From assembly GCA_047456305.1 (NCBI GenBank), contig CP179888.1:1690-65689 (forward strand): DNA of 64,000 nt, written 5' to 3'. Origin of the DNA: Candidatus Nealsonbacteria bacterium (lineage in GTDB: Bacteria > Patescibacteriota > Minisyncoccia > Minisyncoccales > CAZKCU01). The position numbers were made by a program, and so were the translations under genes. The stretch's first letter is position 1, and the number at the start of each line of letters is the position of its first letter. The notes below the pieces were generated by a model that did not search any database, was not told the DNA's origin, and saw only the letters and a program-made list of their open reading frames with translations. Shown here piece by piece: positions 59,154 to 64,000 of the stretch.

Positions 59154-61028
59154 TTATTTCTCTTTATATTCCCCTTCTTCGGCTTGGGGACCCTCTTTTT
59201 TCTTCTCCTCCTCTTTACCTTTACCGCCAGCTTGATAAAGTTCTGCTCCTACTTTTTGGACCGCTTGTGAGAGTTCCGAAGTCTTACTTTTTATTTCCTC
59301 TATATTATCACTATCTTTAACTTTTTTCAAAGCCTCAATTTTTTCTTCAATTTCTTTTTTGGAATCAGAGGAAATTTTATCACCTGATTCTCTAAGAGTT
59401 TTCTCACAAGTATAAATCAAATTATCGGCCAGATTTTTAACTTCAATTAACTCTTTTTTTCTCTGGTCTTTTACAGAGTGCAATTCCGCTTCCTTTTTCA
59501 TTTTTTCAACTTCTTCTTTGGAAATACCAATTGAGCCCTCGATTCTTACTGATTGAGTCTTTTGGGTTGCTTTATCTTTGGCTGAAACATTCAAGATTCC
59601 ATTGGCGTCAATATCAAAAGTTACTTCAATCTGAGGAATACCTCGAGTTGAGGGTGGAATACCATCTAAAATAAATCTTCCCAGAGTTTTATTGTCAAGA
59701 GCCATTGGTCTTTCCCCCTGGAGAACATGAACTTCGACCGAGGTCTGATTGTCAGCGGCTGTAGAGAAAATCTGAGTTTTAGCAGTTGGAATAGTAGTGT
59801 TTTTGGAAATTAAAACGGTATTTACTCCACCTAAAGTCTCAATTCCCAAAGAAAGAGGAGTCACGTCTAAAAGCAGAACATCCCGGACTTCGCCCTGTAA
59901 AATACCGGCTTGGACCGCTGCTCCAATGGCTACCACCTCATCTGGATTAATTTCTTTATTTGGCTCCTTGCCAAAAAGATTTTTAATTTCTGCTTGAATT
60001 TTTGGCATTCTGGTTTGACCACCGACTAAAACTACTTCCTCAATATCTTTGGGTTTAATTTTTACTTCTTTTAGGGCCTGCTTTACTAATTCAATAGATT
60101 TATCAATATAATCTTTGACCAAATTTTCCAATTGGGCTCGGTTTAATTTGTAATAGAGGTGCTTGGGTCCCGAAGCATCAGAGGTAATAAAGGGAAGATT
60201 AATTTCTGTCTCTAAAGTGGAAGATAATTCAATTTTTGCTCTCTCTGCTGCTTCTTTTAGTCTTTGTAAAGCCATTTGGTCCTTTGACAAGTCAATTCCT
60301 TGCTCTTTTCTAAATTGGTCAACTATCCACTCAATTATTTTTTGGTCAAAATCATCTCCACCCAAATGAGTATCGCCGCCAGTGGCTTTTACTTCAACAG
60401 TATCTTCTCCAACATCTAAAATAGAAATATCAAAAGTGCCCCCGCCAAAATCATAAACAACAATTTGTTGGTCTTTTTTCTTTGTTAAACCATAAGATAG
60501 GGCAGCAGCTGTTGGCTCGTTAATAACCCTTCTGACATTAAAACCTGCAATTTCTCCAGCTACTTTAGTAGCTTTCCTCTGAGAATCATCAAAGTAAGCC
60601 GGGCAAGTGACAATAGCATCAGTAATCTTCTCGCCTAATTTTTCCTCGGCATCCTGTTTTAATTTTTGCAGTATCTGAGCTGAAATCTCTGCCGGTTTAT
60701 ACCATTTCTCACCCATTTTAACTTCCACTCCGCCATTAGAAGATTTTCTGATTTCGTAAGGTAGGAGTTTTTTATCTCTCTCTACTTCTGGATCAGAAAA
60801 TCTTCTGCCCACTAATCTTTTAATTGAAAAAATAGTATTCTGAGGATTGGTAATCTGCTGACGTCTGGCCAAAATCCCAACCAATCTTTCTCCGCTTTTT
60901 GAAATAGCAACAACCGAGGGAGTAATTTTCCCCCCTTCTTTATTTTCAATTATTTTTGGTTCCCCGGCTTCCACTGCAGCCATAGCTGAAAAAGTGGTAC
61001 CGAGGTCAATACCTAATATCTTTGGCAT
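59154..61028 (-). CDS. dnaK: molecular chaperone DnaK (Hsp70)
   Basis: [27 protein letters not shown] and the rest of the protein are collinear with Hsp70. Confidence 0.97.
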   Translation of the reverse strand: MPKILGIDLGTTFSAMAAVEAGEPKIIENKEGGKITPSVVAISKSGERLVGILARRQQITNPQNTIFSIKRLVGRRFSDPEVERDKKLLPYEIRKSSNGGVEVKMGEKWYKPAEISAQILQKLKQDAEEKLGEKITDAIVTCPAYFDDSQRKATKVAGEIAGFNVRRVINEPTAAALSYGLTKKKDQQIVVYDFGGGTFDISILDVGEDTVEVKATGGDTHLGGDDFDQKIIEWIVDQFRKEQGIDLSKDQMALQRLKEAAERAKIELSSTLETEINLPFITSDASGPKHLYYKLNRAQLENLVKDYIDKSIELVKQALKEVKIKPKDIEEVVLVGGQTRMPKIQAEIKNLFGKEPNKEINPDEVVAIGAAVQAGILQGEVRDVLLLDVTPLSLGIETLGGVNTVLISKNTTIPTAKTQIFSTAADNQTSVEVHVLQGERPMALDNKTLGRFILDGIPPSTRGIPQIEVTFDIDANGILNVSAKDKATQKTQSVRIEGSIGISKEEVEKMKKEAELHSVKDQRKKELIEVKNLADNLIYTCEKTLRESGDKISSDSKKEIEEKIEALKKVKDSDNIEEIKSKTSELSQAVQKVGAELYQAGGKGKEEEKKKEGPQAEEGEYKEK

Positions 61029-61062
61029 AAAATTATAAAGCGTTATGTGCTTAGTCTCAGTT

Positions 61063-61551
61063 TCATTTTGAAACTCTCACCCTGGCAGGGCGTAAAACCT
61101 TACTGTGAATTAAATAGCCTTTTTGAACTTCTTCAATTATTGTACCAGATTCTTTGCCTTTTAGTTCAATTTCTTTTATCAGTTCGTGGAAATTCGGGTC
61201 AAATTTTTTGCCTAAAGATTCTATTACTTCAACGCCCTGACTTTTCAAAAAATCTTGCATTTGAGTCTTAACCTTAAGAATTCCTCTTATATTTTCGTCA
61301 TTTTTCAAGTTTTCGGGCAATTTTTTTTCAATTAAATCAAAATTATCCAAAATGGGCAAAATCTTTAAAATTAAACCTTCTCCAGCATATTTTAAAATCT
61401 CCCCGATTCTTTCCATCTCTTCTTTTTTATAATTTAAAAGGTCAGCCCTCGAGCGCTGCCAACCAGCCAGATATTCATCCTTCAATTTTTGAGATTCTTC
61501 AAGTTTTTTCTTTAATTCTTTTAAACTTAACTCCTTTTTTTCTTCTTGCAT
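61063..61551 (-). CDS. grpE: nucleotide exchange factor GrpE
   Basis: The coiled-coil N-terminus and the [18 protein letters not shown] and VLRPARVRV motifs. Operon order is grpE-dnaK-dnaJ. Confidence 0.9.
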   Translation of the reverse strand: MQEEKKELSLKELKKKLEESQKLKDEYLAGWQRSRADLLNYKKEEMERIGEILKYAGEGLILKILPILDNFDLIEKKLPENLKNDENIRGILKVKTQMQDFLKSQGVEVIESLGKKFDPNFHELIKEIELKGKESGTIIEEVQKGYLIHSKVLRPARVRVSK

Positions 61552-61632
61552 CTTAATATTATATAAAAGTTTTAAACTTTTTTCAATACCTTTGTTATAT
61601 TTATTTATTAGATAAACTTTATAAAATTTATT

Positions 61633-61666
61633 TTAGCAAATTAACAATAAAAATCAAGAGTGCTAA
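61633..61666. promoter_or_regulatory. CIRCE-like half site upstream of grpE
   Basis: GAGTGCTAA (61658-61666) equals the right CIRCE arm. The left side has only TTAGCA (61633-61638), at non-canonical spacing. Confidence 0.25.
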
Positions 61667-61777
61667 TTCAAATTTACCATAAAGAGTAATTTAACGAGGC
61701 CTTGCTTCGTTAAATTTACTTAAGCAGTAATAAAGGTTATAGTCTCGCTTTTTATCTAAATATGCTAAAATAATTTA

Positions 61778-63361
61778 ATGGCTAATTTCCTGGGGAAAAA
61801 CAAAGTTCTTCTATTTTTGTTAATCATAATAGCTGTAGCTTCTTTCTTTAGGTTATGGCAGCTATCTTCTATTCCACCAGGACTTTATCCAGATGAAGCT
61901 ATCAATGGAAATGAAGCAATATCTAATCCGGGAAAGTTATTTTATCCTGAAAACAATGGCCGGGAGGGGCTTTTTATTAATTTAATTGCCCTATCTTTTT
62001 CAATTTTCGGAGTTTCTATTTTCTCTCTTAAAATCGTCCCGGCAATAATTGGAATTTTAACTGTTTTGGGTCTCTATCTTTTAACGAAAGAATTATTCAC
62101 TCAATGTGATGAAGCAAGGCCTCGTCACATTGCTCTTTTGGCGAGTTTTTTCTTGGCTATTTCTTTCTGGCATACAAATTTTTCCCGGATCGGCTTTCGG
62201 GCAATTTTACTTCCCTTTATTTTAGTTTTTTCCTTTTATTTTCTATTTAGAGGATTTGGAACTAAAAAAATCCGAGATTTCATTTTTTCTGGATTAATTT
62301 TTGGCTTGGGATTTTACACTTATATCTCTTTTCGAATGGCAGTTTTAATTTTGCCTTTTATTTTAATCCTCTACTGGTTTATTTATAAAAAAGACGGTCT
62401 GCAAAAAAAATTCATACTTCATGCTTCATACTTCATACTTCTTGTCTTTATTGTCGCTCTTCCTATCGGTATCTATTTTCTTCAAAATCCTTATGATTTT
62501 ATTGGCCGAGCAGCGCCAATCTCAGTCTTTGCTGCTGAAAACCCAATCAAAGAATTTGCTAAATCTTTAATTTCACATCTCGGAATGTTCAATTTTCGCG
62601 GTGACTCTAACTGGCGCCACAATTTTTCAGGTTCACCTGAGCTTTTTTGGCCAGTCGGAATATTATTTTTAATAGGGCTATTTTATTCTTTTTACAAATT
62701 AGTCAAAAGTATTGTCTTGGGTAGTAGTAAAGTTTTTCTCGTTTTTGGATTTTTGATTTCTTGGTGGTTAACAATGCTGCTTCCGGGTGTTCTAACTTAT
62801 GAGGGCATTCCCCACGCTTTGCGAACGATTGGAGTAATTCCGGTGGTTTATATTTTCGCTGGTTTAGGTTTCTTTAAAATCTATCAGTGGTTTGATAAAA
62901 ATACAAAGCGCAAAAGATTACTTTTTACTGCTATCTCTCTTTTCCTTTTGATGACAGGGGTTGTTGAATTTGATAAATACTTTAATAAATGGGGTAAGCA
63001 TCCTGAAGTGAGAAATGCTTTTTCAGCAGATTATGTAGAAATTGGGAATTTTCTAAATTCATTATCAGCTGAGACTCAAAAATATGTGATTGTTAACCAG
63101 CCCGGAGTTCCTGTCCCCTGGCCAGATGGCATTCCTATACCGGCCCAGACAATAATGTTCATTGAGAATGCAAAATTTGGTCAGCCCCAATCAACTTATT
63201 TATTGCCAGAGAACTTAAATCAAATTAAAATAAATAATAGAGAAGTAATAATTGTGCCAATGAGATATAATGAGAGTTTATTTGCTAAAATTCAACAAAA
63301 ATTTCCCAAAGGGGAAATTCAGGAAAAAGATGGAACTTGGATATACAGGGTAAATTTTTAA
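61778..63361 (+). CDS. GT39/GT83-type (PMT/ArnT-like) membrane glycosyltransferase
   Basis: 527 aa, multi-TM. N-terminal loop motif PGLYPDEAINGNEA and a C-terminal soluble domain. Confidence 0.75.
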   Translation: MANFLGKNKVLLFLLIIIAVASFFRLWQLSSIPPGLYPDEAINGNEAISNPGKLFYPENNGREGLFINLIALSFSIFGVSIFSLKIVPAIIGILTVLGLYLLTKELFTQCDEARPRHIALLASFFLAISFWHTNFSRIGFRAILLPFILVFSFYFLFRGFGTKKIRDFIFSGLIFGLGFYTYISFRMAVLILPFILILYWFIYKKDGLQKKFILHASYFILLVFIVALPIGIYFLQNPYDFIGRAAPISVFAAENPIKEFAKSLISHLGMFNFRGDSNWRHNFSGSPELFWPVGILFLIGLFYSFYKLVKSIVLGSSKVFLVFGFLISWWLTMLLPGVLTYEGIPHALRTIGVIPVVYIFAGLGFFKIYQWFDKNTKRKRLLFTAISLFLLMTGVVEFDKYFNKWGKHPEVRNAFSADYVEIGNFLNSLSAETQKYVIVNQPGVPVPWPDGIPIPAQTIMFIENAKFGQPQSTYLLPENLNQIKINNREVIIVPMRYNESLFAKIQQKFPKGEIQEKDGTWIYRVNF

Positions 63362-63370
63362 TTTTCAAAT

Positions 63371-64000
63371 ATGTCTAATCGTCTCACAAATATTATCGCA
63401 GCTTGTCTTTTGATACTTATGTTTCTCCTGGCTGTTTTTAGTATGAAAGATGATTCTGCTACCATGGATGAGGTTGCCCATTTACCAGCAGGCTATTCTT
63501 ATCTGACCCAGAAAGATATGAGATTAAATCCTGAACATCCGCCCTTGATAAAAGATTTGGCTGCCTTTCCTTTACTTTTTATTAAAGGAATAAATTTTCC
63601 ATCAGAAATCAAAGACTGGAAAGAAGATATTAATGGTCAGTGGGGGTTTGGCTATTATTTTCTTTACGGAGCTGGAAATCCGGCCGATATTATGATTTTT
63701 TGGGGAAGAATTCCGATGGTTCTAATTTTGATTTTGTTGGGATTTTATATTTTTAAATGGGCAAGAGAATTATTCGGCCCAAAAGTTGCTCTTTTGGCCT
63801 TATTTTTATTTTCTTTTTCCCCAACTTTTCTTGCCCATGGAAGGCTAGTTACTACTGATGTTGGAGCAGCTGCCGGAGTATTTATAGCTACTTATTATTT
63901 TATTAAAGCCTTAAAAAACCCATCTAAAAGAAGTATTATTTTTGCTGGAATTGCTTTCGGTTTAGCTGAACTTTGCAAATTTTCCGTGATTCTTTTAATT
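63371..64000 (+). CDS. second GT39-type glycosyltransferase, 3'-truncated by the window end (absent from the ORF track)
   Basis: The frame is open from ATG 63371 to the window end. MSNRLTNIIAACLL...DDSATMDEVAHLPAGYSYL...RLNPEHPPLIKDL is typical of the ArnT/PMT-like family. Confidence 0.75.
   Translation, partial: MSNRLTNIIAACLLILMFLLAVFSMKDDSATMDEVAHLPAGYSYLTQKDMRLNPEHPPLIKDLAAFPLLFIKGINFPSEIKDWKEDINGQWGFGYYFLYGAGNPADIMIFWGRIPMVLILILLGFYIFKWARELFGPKVALLALFLFSFSPTFLAHGRLVTTDVGAAAGVFIATYYFIKALKNPSKRSIIFAGIAFGLAELCKFSVILLI

Noticed and set aside
38430-61551. Genome-wide reassignment of UGA (translation table 4 or 25), suggested by the in-frame TGAs in rpmA and the Excalibur gene.
   Set aside because: dnaK, pyrG, mgtE, dnaJ, the S41 protease and others are full-length with no internal TGA. 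Several genes (grpE, pyrG, 30793, 31810, 34082) end sensibly at TGA. Neither Gly nor Trp matches the conserved Arg in L27.

Overview
All calls were made by eye from the sequence and the ORF track; nothing was computed or searched. The window is a low-GC bacterial chromosome segment. The small-genome gene content looks CPR/Patescibacteria-like, which is inference only. It has four zones. (1) 1-27.9 kb, all on the + strand: the right-hand ~28 kb of a siphovirus-like, HK97-fold prophage. It runs nuclease/replication genes, vsr, terminase, portal-MuF fusion, prohead protease, major capsid, head-tail connectors, tail tube, tape measure, fibre and lysis cassette. Three glycosyltransferase-like genes and three homing endonucleases are interleaved with these. 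It also encodes an 833-aa virion protein with about 29 tandem ERxxELxG repeats. Parts of this zone look visibly more GC-rich than the host. (2) 28.0-29.0 kb: a XerC/D-type tyrosine recombinase. (3) 29.0-38.0 kb, minus strand: an accessory/defence-type island. It holds a Doc toxin module, a trypsin-like protease module and an array of 7-8 small unrelated genes separated by two conserved junction modules. It ends with a type II restriction-modification pair whose methyltransferase is fused to a full LexA-like (wHTH + S24 peptidase) domain, behind a promoter with a perfect palindromic operator. About 100-380 nt non-coding paralogous elements bracket most of the island. (4) 38-64 kb, mostly minus strand: small accessory genes (2 NUDIX, MazG-like, 3 SAM methyltransferases, 2 near-identical csp copies, secreted proteins) and housekeeping genes (mgtE, SPFH/NfeD pair, uppS, rpmA, pyrG, rplI, S41 protease, tRNA-Lys, dnaJ-dnaK-grpE, two GT39-like glycosyltransferases). 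The intergenic DNA between 37.5 and 53.1 kb is a mosaic of recurring modules. These include a hairpin plus extended -10 box placed 6-9 nt from start codons (leaderless geometry), covarying hairpins and tRNA 3'-end-like fragments. Two genes, rpmA and an Excalibur-domain gene, carry in-frame TGA codons. Several plausible genes under 60 aa are absent from the ORF track.
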